A DNA stretch of 64,000 nt from Thermodesulfobacteriota bacterium (GTDB lineage: Bacteria > Desulfobacterota_D > UBA1144), in NCBI GenBank assembly GCA_029246845.1, contig JAQWMJ010000006.1, positions 39,273 to 103,272 on the forward strand. The letters are read 5' to 3'. Within the stretch, counting starts at the first letter, position 1; every line of letters starts with the position of its first letter. Below are positions 30,244-40,650 of the stretch, piece by piece. The translations under genes and the position numbers were made by a program. Under the pieces are notes generated by a model that saw only the letters and a list, made by a program, of their open reading frames with translations, made no database searches and had not been told where the DNA came from.

Positions 30244-30804
30244 ATGGTTAAAAAAATGCGTATATCTAAGGTTTATACAAAATTTGGCGACAAAGGCAAC
30301 ACAATGCTAGTCAGTGGTGAAGTTATTTCGAAAAGCTCGGATAGGGTTGAATCATATGGCGAAGTAGATGAGTTAAACTCTGCATTAGGTGTTGCTTGTT
30401 CGGGCAATATGTTAGAAGAAATTAAAGAAATTATTAATTTGGTTCAAAATGACTTATTTATAGTAGGGGCAGATCTGGCTTCCACTAAATCAACAAAAGT
30501 TCCTAGAATAGGAAAGATTAAAATAAATAAGTTGGAAAAAACAATTGATCATTACAATAAGAAAGTTGGCCCTCTTAAAGAATTTATTTTGCCTTCTGGG
30601 TCTTCGGTAGGAAGCTATCTGCATCTAGCAAGAACTATATGTAGAAGAGCTGAAAGACGTATTGTTTTATTAGGCAAAACAGAATGGGTAAACCCAAATG
30701 TTTTAATCTATATTAATAGACTTTCTGACTTGCTATTCGTTTTAGCCAGACACCAAAATAAAGAAAGCGACGAAGGTGAGGTTTTTGTTAACTTTAAAAA
30801 ATGA
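30244..30804 (+). CDS. ATP:cob(I)alamin adenosyltransferase (PduO type)
   Basis: VYTKFGDKG.T, YGEVDELNS, ARTICRRAER and YINRLSDLLF motifs. Confidence 0.94.
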   Translation: MVKKMRISKVYTKFGDKGNTMLVSGEVISKSSDRVESYGEVDELNSALGVACSGNMLEEIKEIINLVQNDLFIVGADLASTKSTKVPRIGKIKINKLEKTIDHYNKKVGPLKEFILPSGSSVGSYLHLARTICRRAERRIVLLGKTEWVNPNVLIYINRLSDLLFVLARHQNKESDEGEVFVNFKK

Positions 30805-33341
30805 CAAATTCTACTTTTGCCGAGAAATTTCAAAATATTTATAAAGAAATAAAAAATTTTCATTTGTTAAAGAAAAATTCCGGAATTCAAATTGCCAACA
30901 AATACTCAAATCAGATAGACAAACTCATTTCTTCTGAAGTAAGCTTAAGTTATAAAAATAAGGGAATAGCACTTTTAGCTCTTGGAGGATATGGTCGAAG
31001 AGAGCTTTGTATTCAGTCAGATATAGACATATTAATCCTTTACGAAAAAACCAGAAAAAGCGAAGCAGAAGATATAGCCGAGAAAATACTTTACAAGCTC
31101 TGGGATACGGGTTTAGAAGTAGGGAATTCTTTGAGAACAGTTGATGACTGTCTTGAGCTCGCAAGCTCCCAAAACTCAACCGTTTTAAGCTCTTTATTAG
31201 ACTTAAGAGCCATTGCTGGAGATTCACTCATACAAAAAAAACTACAAAACGATATAAACAAAAAGCTTTTACCAAATATTTCGCAAAACTTTATAAACGA
31301 AAAAATCATTGAAAGAAAGAAAAGGCATATAAAATATGGTTCTGCAACATACTTGACTGAACCAAACATAAAGGAGGGTGCAGGATGCCTTAGAGACATT
31401 CATTCAATTTTTTGGATTCTTAAAGCATTTCATTCACAAATTGAAATTAATAAATTTTTAGGAGCGGGGTTTTTAAATAAAAATGAACTAAAAATTATAA
31501 ATGAATCCTTGAATTTTCTTCTAACAATAAGGAACCACTTACATATAAATAAAAAACATGATATCGACATTATTGATTTTGATTCTCAAATTAAAGCAGC
31601 TGATTTTTTTAATATAGAAGATGAAAACTTTTTAACAAAACAAACCCTTTTTATGAAGAAGTTGTATGGGACTATAAATAAACTTGGGGAGCTGACAGAC
31701 AAGATAATTCAGAAGACTATAAGTAAAAAAATATTCACCTCCAAGAGAATACAGAACCTAGATGATTTTTTTATTATTCACAGAGGAATGCTCAGAGCTA
31801 TAAACCCTGGAGAATTGTTTCGCAATCCACGAAATATTTTAAAAGTATTTGAGTACTCTGTAATTCACGATTGCGATATTTCTGATGATCTGTTAAGGGA
31901 AATAAGAAAAGTTAGGACGTTTCGATTCTCAGCCAGCGAAGAAAAAGTAATAAGCAAACACTTTATTGAAATACTTAAGAAAGGAAGAAATATCTTTAAG
32001 ATTCTTTCTAGTCTTAACAAAAACAATATTTTATCTTTTTTAATTCATCAATTTGAAGTCATAAAAAACCTACCTCTGGCCGATCCATCTCATATTTACA
32101 CAGTTGATGTTCACTCTATATTGCTGATTGACGAATATGAAAAACTTATCAATGGTGAGTATAAAAAGGAATTTCCTTTTGAATCAAATATTGCTTCTAA
32201 ATTAAAAAAGAAAGAAGCTTTTTACTTAACTTGTCTGTTGCACGACATAGGAAAAGGCTATGGAAACAATCATGCCGAAAGAGGAAGTAAAATTACAAAA
32301 GATATTTGTCAGAATTTGTTTTGTGATGATGAGTTAACTCATACGGTTGAATTCTTAGTTAAAGAACACTTAATAATGTCTAGCTATTCACAAAAGAGGG
32401 ATTTGGATGATAGCCAATTAATTGAAGAGTTTAAAAATAGAGTCCAGTCAAAAGAAAATCTTCAGTATTTGTTTATACTTACTTTCTGTGACCTAAGAAG
32501 CGTTGCGCCCGATGTTTGGTCAAATTGGAAAGGGAACTTGCTTTCACTCCTTTTTAAAAAAGCTAATGAACTATTTATTAATTCCAAATCGAAACAAAAA
32601 ACTCTAATGGTAAAAATAACTAAAAAAGACCAAATATTTAAAAGTATAGATGAGGCAAAATTTAAAGAAATTGCTGGTCGTCATTTCTCCACTTATTTTA
32701 ATACTTACACACTAGAAGAATTAAAATACCAGATAGAAATTCTGATGAATCAAACTAAAGATATCTCTCTTAAAGTCAAATACAGCCAAAAAAATAATGT
32801 TGACCAAGTAACAATATGGTCGAAGAAACAGACTGTAGGTTTTGCAGAGATTTGCGGAAAACTTTCCTCTGCAAGCATCAATATTTATTCTGGAAGAACA
32901 ACTGTACTTAAGAAAAACCTTGCGCTCTATACATTCGAGGTTAATAGATTTGGAAAATCAACTTTTAGTGATAGGGGCATATGGGGTTCGATTCAAAGTG
33001 AGCTTGAGCAAAAAGAAGTTGTTATCGAAGAAAGCAAAATTGGAAAAAATATATCATCAATACTAAATCGTGTTAAAATTGAAACAAAGATAAAAGTTGA
33101 CAATAACTCTTCTAATAACTATACGATAATAGAACTTTCATCAGCAGATAAACCAGGCCTACTATATGAAATTTCCAAAAATTTAAAAAATTTGGGGCTG
33201 TCGCTGGGGTTGGTTAAAATTTCTACTAGAAGAGGTTCTGTTGATGATTCTTTTTATGTAAAGAAAATAAGTGGGGGGAAGCTTGTCGAAGAAAATGACA
33301 TCGAACTTATAAAGAGGAGCTTGAAAAATATATTAATATGA
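30801..33341 (+). CDS. glnD: PII uridylyltransferase/uridylyl-removing enzyme
   Basis: ALGGYGRREL...SDIDIL, EPNIKEG.G.LRD, YTVDVH, LLHDIGKG and C-terminal ACT (DKPGLL) motifs. Confidence 0.93.
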   Translation: MTNSTFAEKFQNIYKEIKNFHLLKKNSGIQIANKYSNQIDKLISSEVSLSYKNKGIALLALGGYGRRELCIQSDIDILILYEKTRKSEAEDIAEKILYKLWDTGLEVGNSLRTVDDCLELASSQNSTVLSSLLDLRAIAGDSLIQKKLQNDINKKLLPNISQNFINEKIIERKKRHIKYGSATYLTEPNIKEGAGCLRDIHSIFWILKAFHSQIEINKFLGAGFLNKNELKIINESLNFLLTIRNHLHINKKHDIDIIDFDSQIKAADFFNIEDENFLTKQTLFMKKLYGTINKLGELTDKIIQKTISKKIFTSKRIQNLDDFFIIHRGMLRAINPGELFRNPRNILKVFEYSVIHDCDISDDLLREIRKVRTFRFSASEEKVISKHFIEILKKGRNIFKILSSLNKNNILSFLIHQFEVIKNLPLADPSHIYTVDVHSILLIDEYEKLINGEYKKEFPFESNIASKLKKKEAFYLTCLLHDIGKGYGNNHAERGSKITKDICQNLFCDDELTHTVEFLVKEHLIMSSYSQKRDLDDSQLIEEFKNRVQSKENLQYLFILTFCDLRSVAPDVWSNWKGNLLSLLFKKANELFINSKSKQKTLMVKITKKDQIFKSIDEAKFKEIAGRHFSTYFNTYTLEELKYQIEILMNQTKDISLKVKYSQKNNVDQVTIWSKKQTVGFAEICGKLSSASINIYSGRTTVLKKNLALYTFEVNRFGKSTFSDRGIWGSIQSELEQKEVVIEESKIGKNISSILNRVKIETKIKVDNNSSNNYTIIELSSADKPGLLYEISKNLKNLGLSLGLVKISTRRGSVDDSFYVKKISGGKLVEENDIELIKRSLKNILI

Positions 33342-34945
33342 ACAAAAAATATATATCGGAAATAAAAACCGATTTTTTGATTATAGGTTCAGGATTGTCG
33401 GGGCTTTATTCTGCAATCTATGCATCTAAATTTGGCAAAGTAACTTTAATAACAAAATCCTCAATTCAGGAAAGTAATTCTTATTGGGCTCAAGGTGGAA
33501 TTGCGGCAGCTATAAATAATGACGATTCAATTGAAATACACAAGAAAGATACCCTTTCTGTAGGTTGTGGGCTTAACAACGAAGGAGCTGTGAACACTAT
33601 GGTTTCAGAGGGAACAGAGCGCGTACAAGGATTAATAGATCAGGGGATGAATTTTGATAGAGCAAAATCAGGTTTTGATTTTGGAATTGAGGGTGGCCAT
33701 AGCAGAAGAAGGATTCTACATGCATTGGGAAATGAAACGGGAAAAGCTGTAGTTGATTTTTTATGTAAAGAAGTTGAAAAAAATAATAAAATTACAATTT
33801 ATGAAAACTCTTTTGTAATTGATCTGTTCTCTGACTCTAAATCATGCTTTGGTTGTTTAGTCTTTTCTGATAAAGAAAAAAATAAAATTAGTATCCACTC
33901 AAAGGCTACAATTCTTGCTACAGGTGGGGGGTGTGGGCTATATTCCCAATCATCGAATCCATCCAGCACATCAGGTGACGGAATAGCGCTTGGACTTAAC
34001 GCAGGTGCTGTGGTTAAAGATATGGAATTCATACAATTCCATCCAACGGTCTTTTCTAAAGAAGGTGCTCAGAATTTTCTTATCTCAGAAGCAATAAGAG
34101 GTGAAGGTGGTCAGCTTATTAACCATTCAAGAAGCAGATTTATGGAAAACTATTCGAAACAACTAGAGCTTGCTCCAAGAGACATAGTAGCAAGAGCAAT
34201 ATTTAATGAGATGAGAACTAATGGTGAAAAAAATGTTTTTCTATCATTGAAGCATTTAAAACCCAGTCTAATAAAAAACAGATTTAAAAATACTTTTGAG
34301 CTCTGCCTGCGAGAAGGTCTAGATATTACAAAAGATGATATTCCGGTATCCCCTGCTGCGCACTATATGATTGGGGGTATCAAAACAAATATTTCCTCAC
34401 AAACCAACATCAAGAATCTGTATGCTTGCGGAGAAGTTGCTTGCGTCGGTGCTCATGGTGCAAACAGGCTAGCGAGCAACTCTCTTTTAGAGTGTTTAGT
34501 TTTTGCAAAAAGAGCTATAGATTCGGCTGTAAAATTATCAAAAAAAGAAATGAAAATTCCTAAAGATTTAATAGAAAGGGCTAAAAAATGCTCTCTAATA
34601 TCATCGGATAAGAAAGTTGAGTCATATTTAAACTATAGGATACTGCTTTCACAAACTATAAATAATTATGTTGGAATTTTAAGAAATAAAAAAGATTTAC
34701 TACTTGCTCTTAACGAAATTTCATCTATTAAAAGAACAAATTTAGATGAATTTGACCTTATAGACAAAAGGCTTATGAACCTAAAAAGTTTAACTTACCT
34801 AATTACAAAGTCTGCTCTATTAAGAGAAGAGTCACGAGGTGCCCACATCCGAGAAGATTTTTCAAGTGAATCATCGAAGTGGCAAAAGCATATAAATTGG
34901 AAGCTAAACAATGGAACCTTGCGGTTTTCATACTCAAAGCAATGA
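33338..34945 (+). CDS. nadB: L-aspartate oxidase
   Basis: SNSYWAQGGIAA, EGGHSRRRILH, FIQFHPT, ELAPRDIVARAI and HGANRLASNSLLE motifs. Confidence 0.96.
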   Translation: MNKKYISEIKTDFLIIGSGLSGLYSAIYASKFGKVTLITKSSIQESNSYWAQGGIAAAINNDDSIEIHKKDTLSVGCGLNNEGAVNTMVSEGTERVQGLIDQGMNFDRAKSGFDFGIEGGHSRRRILHALGNETGKAVVDFLCKEVEKNNKITIYENSFVIDLFSDSKSCFGCLVFSDKEKNKISIHSKATILATGGGCGLYSQSSNPSSTSGDGIALGLNAGAVVKDMEFIQFHPTVFSKEGAQNFLISEAIRGEGGQLINHSRSRFMENYSKQLELAPRDIVARAIFNEMRTNGEKNVFLSLKHLKPSLIKNRFKNTFELCLREGLDITKDDIPVSPAAHYMIGGIKTNISSQTNIKNLYACGEVACVGAHGANRLASNSLLECLVFAKRAIDSAVKLSKKEMKIPKDLIERAKKCSLISSDKKVESYLNYRILLSQTINNYVGILRNKKDLLLALNEISSIKRTNLDEFDLIDKRLMNLKSLTYLITKSALLREESRGAHIREDFSSESSKWQKHINWKLNNGTLRFSYSKQ

Positions 34946-34961
34946 TTTATGTTGATTCACA

Positions 34962-34989
34962 TTGTATTAAATAAAAAAAATGCTATAAT
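34962..34989 (+). promoter_or_regulatory. Sigma70-type promoter upstream of korA
   Basis: TTGTAT-16 nt-TATAAT with extended -10 (TGCTATAAT). Confidence 0.65.
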
Positions 34990-35069
34990 TTTTTGCGGTG
35001 CGTTGCAGTTCGGTATTTACTGAAAGTACTCCATAAATTAAGTATATTTTAACTAAAAGGTGAAGTTTA

Positions 35070-36929
35070 ATGGCTGTTGAAAAACAATTAGAAGAACTAG
35101 AAATGGTTACGGTAAAATTTGCTGGTGACTCTGGGGACGGAATTCAAATTACTGGTGATCAATTCGGTAATACGACCGCTATAGCCGGTAACGATTTTTC
35201 TACATTTCCCGATTTTCCATCTGAAATTCGTGCGCCTCTTGGAACAACTTATGGAGTTTCTTCTTATCAAATACAATTTGCAGCCAAAGATATTTACACG
35301 CCAGGTGACACACCAGATGTTCTTGTTTGCTTTAACCCGGCTGCATTAAAAGTAAATATGAGCACCGTTAACAAGGGTGGAATAATCGTCGTTAATGAAG
35401 ACGAGTTTATTCCTAAGAATCTGAAAAAAGCAGGTTTTGAATCTGATCCACTTGATCCAGAGGACACTTCTCTTCAAGACTTTAGAGTTCACAAGATTCC
35501 TATAACAACACTTACCTTAAAAGCTTTGGAAGACATGGAAGACATGGGTCACGCAGATAAGCTAAGATGCAAAAACTTTTTAGCATTAGGGGTTGTTTCT
35601 TGGCTATTCCAAAGACCTTTAGAGCCAATTGAAAATTTCTTAACAAAAAAATTTGGCAAAAAGCCTTTAATTTTAGAAGCTAATACAAAAGTTCTTCATG
35701 CAGGATACAACATGTGCGATACAATGGAGATTTTTCCGATAATGTACAAAATACCTGCAGCTAAGCTTGAACCAGGAACTTATCGAAATATTAATGGAGC
35801 ATTAGCGACCTCTTACGGTCTACTTGCTGCCGCAGAAAAAATAGAACTTCCAATTGTTTATGCGGGATATCCAATTACACCAGCAAGTGAAATTCTTCAT
35901 ACTCTTGCAGCATTAAAACAATTTGATGTTGCCGCCATACAGACCGAGGATGAAATAGCCGCTGTAACTATGGCCCTTGGAGCCGCCTATGGTGGTTCAC
36001 TTGGAATAACTGGAAGCTCAGGCCCCGGACTAGCACTTAAAATCGAAGCGATCAACTTGGCAGTAATGACAGAATTGCCATTAATAATTTTTAATTTTAT
36101 GAGATCAGGAATTTCAACAGGAATGCCTACAAAAACCGAACAGGGTGATTTGGCTATGGCTCTTTTTGGTAGACCTTCTGATTCTCACCTAATTGTTCTG
36201 GCTCCAGAGTCAGCATCTGATTGTTTTTGGATTTCAATTGAAGCAGTAAGGCTGGCAACAAAATATATGACGCCTGTAATAGTTTTATCTGAAGGATTCT
36301 TAGTAAATGCTTCTGAGCCATGGAAACTTCCTGATTTAAGCAAAATACCTGAAATGGAACCGCCTTTTAGAACTGATCCTGAAAACTACCTTCCCTACAT
36401 AAGAAACAAAGAAACTTTAGCTAGGGACTGGGTAAGGATAGGCACAAAAGGCTTAGAACATACAATTGGTGGCTTAGAGAAGATTAATGAAACCGGTGCA
36501 ATTTCACAAGATCCAGAAAACCATGATTTGATGACAAGGTTAAGAGCAGAAAAAGTACAAAAAGTGCAAAATGATATTCCAGATGTTGAAGTTCTGGGAG
36601 ATAAAGATGCAGACCTTGTTCTTTTAGGATGGGGTAGCGCGATAGGAAGCATGAGAGCTTCTGCTGAAGTAATTGCAAAAAGCGGCAAAAAAGTTGCAAT
36701 AGTTAATTTAAGGTATATAAATCCTTTTCCTAAAAACTTAGAGGCAGTTTTAAAAAGCTTCAAAAAAGTTGCAGTCGTAGAGTTAAACTTAGGACAGTTG
36801 AATATGATAATCAGATCAAAATTTATGATTGATACTTCTTTTTTAGGAAGAGTAACGGGCCAACCAATTTCGGTTGTTGAAATGGTGGAATTTATAAATA
36901 ATGAGTTAAACTTATTAAAAGAGCATTAA
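35070..36929 (+). CDS. korA: 2-oxoacid:ferredoxin oxidoreductase, alpha subunit (fused gamma-alpha)
   Basis: FAGDSGDGIQ, GYPITPASE, EDEIAA, SGPGLALK and TGMPTKTEQ motifs. Confidence 0.92.
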   Translation: MAVEKQLEELEMVTVKFAGDSGDGIQITGDQFGNTTAIAGNDFSTFPDFPSEIRAPLGTTYGVSSYQIQFAAKDIYTPGDTPDVLVCFNPAALKVNMSTVNKGGIIVVNEDEFIPKNLKKAGFESDPLDPEDTSLQDFRVHKIPITTLTLKALEDMEDMGHADKLRCKNFLALGVVSWLFQRPLEPIENFLTKKFGKKPLILEANTKVLHAGYNMCDTMEIFPIMYKIPAAKLEPGTYRNINGALATSYGLLAAAEKIELPIVYAGYPITPASEILHTLAALKQFDVAAIQTEDEIAAVTMALGAAYGGSLGITGSSGPGLALKIEAINLAVMTELPLIIFNFMRSGISTGMPTKTEQGDLAMALFGRPSDSHLIVLAPESASDCFWISIEAVRLATKYMTPVIVLSEGFLVNASEPWKLPDLSKIPEMEPPFRTDPENYLPYIRNKETLARDWVRIGTKGLEHTIGGLEKINETGAISQDPENHDLMTRLRAEKVQKVQNDIPDVEVLGDKDADLVLLGWGSAIGSMRASAEVIAKSGKKVAIVNLRYINPFPKNLEAVLKSFKKVAVVELNLGQLNMIIRSKFMIDTSFLGRVTGQPISVVEMVEFINNELNLLKEH

Positions 36930-36949
36930 TTAATATTTAGGGAGTTTTT

Positions 36950-37963
36950 ATGAGTACTACTACAGAGGCAGTTAAATACAAAGCTAACGATTTTAAATCA
37001 TCGGCTGAACCTAGGTGGTGTCCTGGTTGCGAAGATTATGCAATTTTAAAGGCTGTTCAAACAGCTATGGCACAAATAGGTAGACCTAAAAACGAACATG
37101 CAGTAGTATCTGGCATTGGTTGCTCGTCCAGATTTCCTTACTATATGGGCACATACGGATTTCATACAATACATGGAAGACCTCTTCCTATTGCAACAGG
37201 GCTAAAGATTTCTAATCCAGAATTAGCTGTTTGGGTTGTTACTGGAGACGGTGACGGAATTTCTATTGGTGGAAATCATTTGATGCATGCATTAAGAAGA
37301 AATACTGATATGAATATTCTTCTGTTTGATAACAGGATATATGGCCTAACAAAAGGTCAATACTCTCCTACTAGTGAAAAAGGTAAAATTAACAAAACAG
37401 CCCCATACGGAACAATCGAAGAACCTGCAGATCCTGCATCTTTAGCTGTTGAGTGCGGAGCATCTTTTGTTGCACAAATTTCTGCAACTTATGTAAAAGA
37501 ACTTGTAGCCGTTTTAGTCGAAGCTTATAATCATAAAGGAACATCTTTTGTTCATATATATCAGAATTGCTACATATACAACAATGGAGCCTTTGATGGA
37601 TTTACCGAAAGAAGCATTAGAGATGATAATAATATCAAAGTAGAACATGGCAAACCTTTAATCTTCGGTGAAAAAAGCAATAAAGGTCTCGTTATGGGCT
37701 ATGGTAAATTTGATATTGTCGAATTTGAACCAGAGAATGTACCAGACAATGTAGTAATATACGATGAAACTGATTCAATATTAGTAAGAATGATTGTTGA
37801 TATGAAGTTTCCTGAATTTCCCGTTCCGATGGGAGTGATAAAAAGGGTTAAACAGCCAACTTTTGATGACCGTATACATGAACAAATTGAATCCGCTAAG
37901 ACAAAATTTAAACCTGATTTAAGTAGGCTTATTTCGTCTGGGGATACTTGGGAAGTTAAATAG
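36950..37963 (+). CDS. korB: 2-oxoacid:ferredoxin oxidoreductase, beta subunit
   Basis: WCPGC, SGIGCSSR, TPP motif GDGD.....GGNH...DN.IYGLTKGQYSPT. Confidence 0.93.
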   Translation: MSTTTEAVKYKANDFKSSAEPRWCPGCEDYAILKAVQTAMAQIGRPKNEHAVVSGIGCSSRFPYYMGTYGFHTIHGRPLPIATGLKISNPELAVWVVTGDGDGISIGGNHLMHALRRNTDMNILLFDNRIYGLTKGQYSPTSEKGKINKTAPYGTIEEPADPASLAVECGASFVAQISATYVKELVAVLVEAYNHKGTSFVHIYQNCYIYNNGAFDGFTERSIRDDNNIKVEHGKPLIFGEKSNKGLVMGYGKFDIVEFEPENVPDNVVIYDETDSILVRMIVDMKFPEFPVPMGVIKRVKQPTFDDRIHEQIESAKTKFKPDLSRLISSGDTWEVK

Positions 37964-37969
37964 ACTTAT

Positions 37970-38812
37970 ATGAACAGTGCTTTAAAGAAAAGTATTAGCA
38001 CAATTCTAAATTCTTCTTTAAAAGAAGATAAAGTATTTACCGACATAACCACACAAACCTTAATTGAAGATTCAAATTTGACTTGTGAGCTTATATTTAA
38101 AGAAAGTGGAATTTTGTGTGGTACAAAAATAGTTACCTATTTGATTAAAAAATTTAACGACAAAATAAACATTGTGTGGAAATTCAAAGAAGGGTCCTTT
38201 ATTAAAAAAAATACTAGAATTGCTTCAATAGATGGACCAGGAAACAAGGTTCTTGCAATTGAAAGGGTTCTTCTAAATTTCTTGCAAAAGACATCAGGTA
38301 TAGCAACTATAACTTATAATTTCTGTAAACTTATAAAAAACAAAAATATTAATCTTTTAGATACAAGAAAGACCACCCCGGGGTGGAGATTAATAGAAAA
38401 ATACTGTGTTAAGGTTGGGGGTGGACAAAATCATAGGATGGACTTGTCTGAACTTATATTAATTAAAGATAATCATATAAAGGCTCTTGGTGGAGTAGAG
38501 CATACTCTTGCAAAACTATTCAAAAAGAAAAACCGGATTCCTGTTGAGATTGAAGTTAAATCTCTTTCTGAACTCGATAGTGCATTGAAATTTAAAATTA
38601 AAAGAGTTATGTTGGACAACTTTAGCGTGCCCAACATAAGAAAAGGGATCAAAAGAATAAGGGAATTCCCTGGCATAGAGATAGAAATATCAGGTGGAAT
38701 TAATATGTCTAAAATAAAAAAAATCTCCTCTTTAGATGTTGACTATATTTCTGTAGGAACAATTACGCACTCATCGCCATCCATAGATATTTCTATGAAT
38801 GTGTTAAAATAA
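37970..38812 (+). CDS. nadC: Quinolinate phosphoribosyltransferase
   Basis: ERVLLN, DTRKTTPG, HRMDLS, IKDNH, EIEV, MLDN and EISGG motifs. Confidence 0.96.
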   Translation: MNSALKKSISTILNSSLKEDKVFTDITTQTLIEDSNLTCELIFKESGILCGTKIVTYLIKKFNDKINIVWKFKEGSFIKKNTRIASIDGPGNKVLAIERVLLNFLQKTSGIATITYNFCKLIKNKNINLLDTRKTTPGWRLIEKYCVKVGGGQNHRMDLSELILIKDNHIKALGGVEHTLAKLFKKKNRIPVEIEVKSLSELDSALKFKIKRVMLDNFSVPNIRKGIKRIREFPGIEIEISGGINMSKIKKISSLDVDYISVGTITHSSPSIDISMNVLK

Positions 38813-38815
38813 ACC

Positions 38816-39751
38816 ATGAACCTAAATATTTTGAAGCAAATATCTGATCTTAAAAAAAAGAAAAATGCTGTAATTCTTGCACACAACTATCAAATACCCG
38901 AAGTTCAAGATATAGCGGATTTCATAGGAGACTCTTTAGGTCTTGCAAAAAAAGCATTAGAAGTTGAAGCAGAAATGATAATTTTTTGTGGCGTCCATTT
39001 TATGGCAGAAACTGCATCAATACTTTGTCCTAATAAGAAAATTTTATTACCAGACCTAGAAGCAGGGTGTTCTTTAGCTGACTCTATAAACTTACAACAA
39101 CTTCAGGATTGGAAAAAAAAGAATCCTGAAGCTGTAGTTGTCTCTTATGTTAATACAAGTGCGGAAATAAAAGCAGAGAGTGACTACTGTTTTACTTCTT
39201 CAAATGCTGTAAAAATTGTTGAGTCAATCGATAAAGATAAAAAAATACTTTTTCTGCCAGATATGTTTTTAGGTGCATATGTCCAAAGGAAAACAAAAAG
39301 AAAAATCGATATTTGGCCCGGCGAATGTCATGTTCATGCCGCTATGACTTATGAAGAAATAAAAAACCTTAGAGAAGAGTATGTTGAAACTGAGGTTTTA
39401 ATTCATCCTGAGTGTGCCTGTGGTTCAGAAGCTATGTATTATTCAGAAAAAAATAATGATAAAAATGTTCACTTTTTATCAACAGAGGCAATGATTAATA
39501 AAGCCAAAAGTTCGAGCGCTAAAAATATAATAGTGGCTACAGAAACTGGAGTTATTCACAAACTACAAAAAACATCCCCTGAAAAAAACTTCATACCAAT
39601 AAACAGAACAGCAACTTGCAAATATATGAAAATGATTACTGTTGAAAAAGTTCTTGGAGCATTAAAATCTGAGGGACCAGAGGTAAAAGTAGCGAGCGAA
39701 ATAGCAATTAAAGCTAAAACTGCAATTGATAGGATGGTGGGTATTGGATAA
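38816..39751 (+). CDS. nadA: Quinolinate synthase
   Basis: ILAHNYQ, FCGVHFMAE, AGCSLAD, YVNTSA, CHVH, HPEC and CKYMK motifs. Confidence 0.97.
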   Translation: MNLNILKQISDLKKKKNAVILAHNYQIPEVQDIADFIGDSLGLAKKALEVEAEMIIFCGVHFMAETASILCPNKKILLPDLEAGCSLADSINLQQLQDWKKKNPEAVVVSYVNTSAEIKAESDYCFTSSNAVKIVESIDKDKKILFLPDMFLGAYVQRKTKRKIDIWPGECHVHAAMTYEEIKNLREEYVETEVLIHPECACGSEAMYYSEKNNDKNVHFLSTEAMINKAKSSSAKNIIVATETGVIHKLQKTSPEKNFIPINRTATCKYMKMITVEKVLGALKSEGPEVKVASEIAIKAKTAIDRMVGIG

Positions 39752-39823
39752 TGGCCGTGGGAAGATTCGAACTTCCGACATACGCCTTATGAGAGCGTCG
39801 CTCTACCCCTGAGCTACACGGCC
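39752..39823 (-). tRNA. tRNA with CAT anticodon (elongator Met or lysidine-type Ile2; not initiator), CCA not encoded
   Basis: GGCCGTGTAGCTCAGGGGTAGAGCGACGCTCTCATAAGGCGTATGTCGGAAGTTCGAATCTTCCCACGGCCA. The 1-72 pair is intact and there is no GGG/CCC in the anticodon stem. Confidence 0.93.
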
Positions 39824-39886
39824 GATGGATTTTGAGTTTATCATGTCCAAAGAGAGTTTCAAGGAAAGCTGGCTTAAAAAAAAATT

Positions 39887-40621
39887 ATGAATAAGAGTCT
39901 AGAAATCAAATATACAAACAGAAGAAGAGCTGTCCTCCTTGTACTTTCAGCTATTTTCATATCATCAATGACAATGCTTAATCTTCTAGGAACATCACGA
40001 TTCCTAGATTTAAGCTTTAATCTTTTGGGTTTACAAATCCCCGTGGTTTTAGCTGTTGGAGTTTTGCCCTATCCCATAACTTTTTTATGTACAGACCTAA
40101 TATCCGAAATTTATGGTGAAGAGATGGCTTCTGAGCTTGTATGGACAGGGTTAATTGTAAACATTTGGCTTGCAATAATACTTTGGATAGGTGGGCTGAT
40201 ACCTGCCTTTACAACGAACAATCTCAGTGTGGACGCCGATAATGCATTCATGATTATAAGGTCCTTGTCCCTGAGCACTATAACGGCCTCGATGATTGCT
40301 TATTTTCTAGCACAATATTCTGATGTAAAAATATTTCATTTTTTAAAAAAACTCACAAAAGGCAAGCATTTATGGCTAAGAAACAATGGGTCTACTATGA
40401 TTAGCTCTTTAATAGACACTATCTGTGTTATCTCAATCACACATTATTTATCAAGATCAATACCGCTTCCTGAATCAGAGTCAGAATTAGAAGGATTGTT
40501 CTTGCTTGTATCATATGCATATATTTTTAAATTTATAATTGCTCTTCTTGATACGCCTTTATTGTATATTGGCGTAAAACATTTAAAAAAATACCTTGGG
40601 ATCAATGATCGAGATTTCTAA
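39887..40621 (+). CDS. Queuosine precursor transporter (YhhQ/VUT family)
   Basis: YPITFLCTDLISEIYG, ASMIAY..AQ..DV, LWLRNNGST..S..IDT and ALLDTP motifs. Confidence 0.9.
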   Translation: MNKSLEIKYTNRRRAVLLVLSAIFISSMTMLNLLGTSRFLDLSFNLLGLQIPVVLAVGVLPYPITFLCTDLISEIYGEEMASELVWTGLIVNIWLAIILWIGGLIPAFTTNNLSVDADNAFMIIRSLSLSTITASMIAYFLAQYSDVKIFHFLKKLTKGKHLWLRNNGSTMISSLIDTICVISITHYLSRSIPLPESESELEGLFLLVSYAYIFKFIIALLDTPLLYIGVKHLKKYLGINDRDF

Positions 40622-40650
40622 CTTGATAGAACTGTTGTTATAATAACTTT

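Noticed and set aside
39752..39823. Assigning the CAT tRNA as initiator, or as an integration site
   Set aside because: It lacks the 1-72 mismatch and the three G-C anticodon-stem pairs. There is no integrase or duplicated tRNA 3' end near either tRNA.
39824..39886. preQ1 riboswitch upstream of the queuosine precursor transporter
   Set aside because: An A-run is present, but there is no P1 stem or conserved loop of a preQ1 aptamer.
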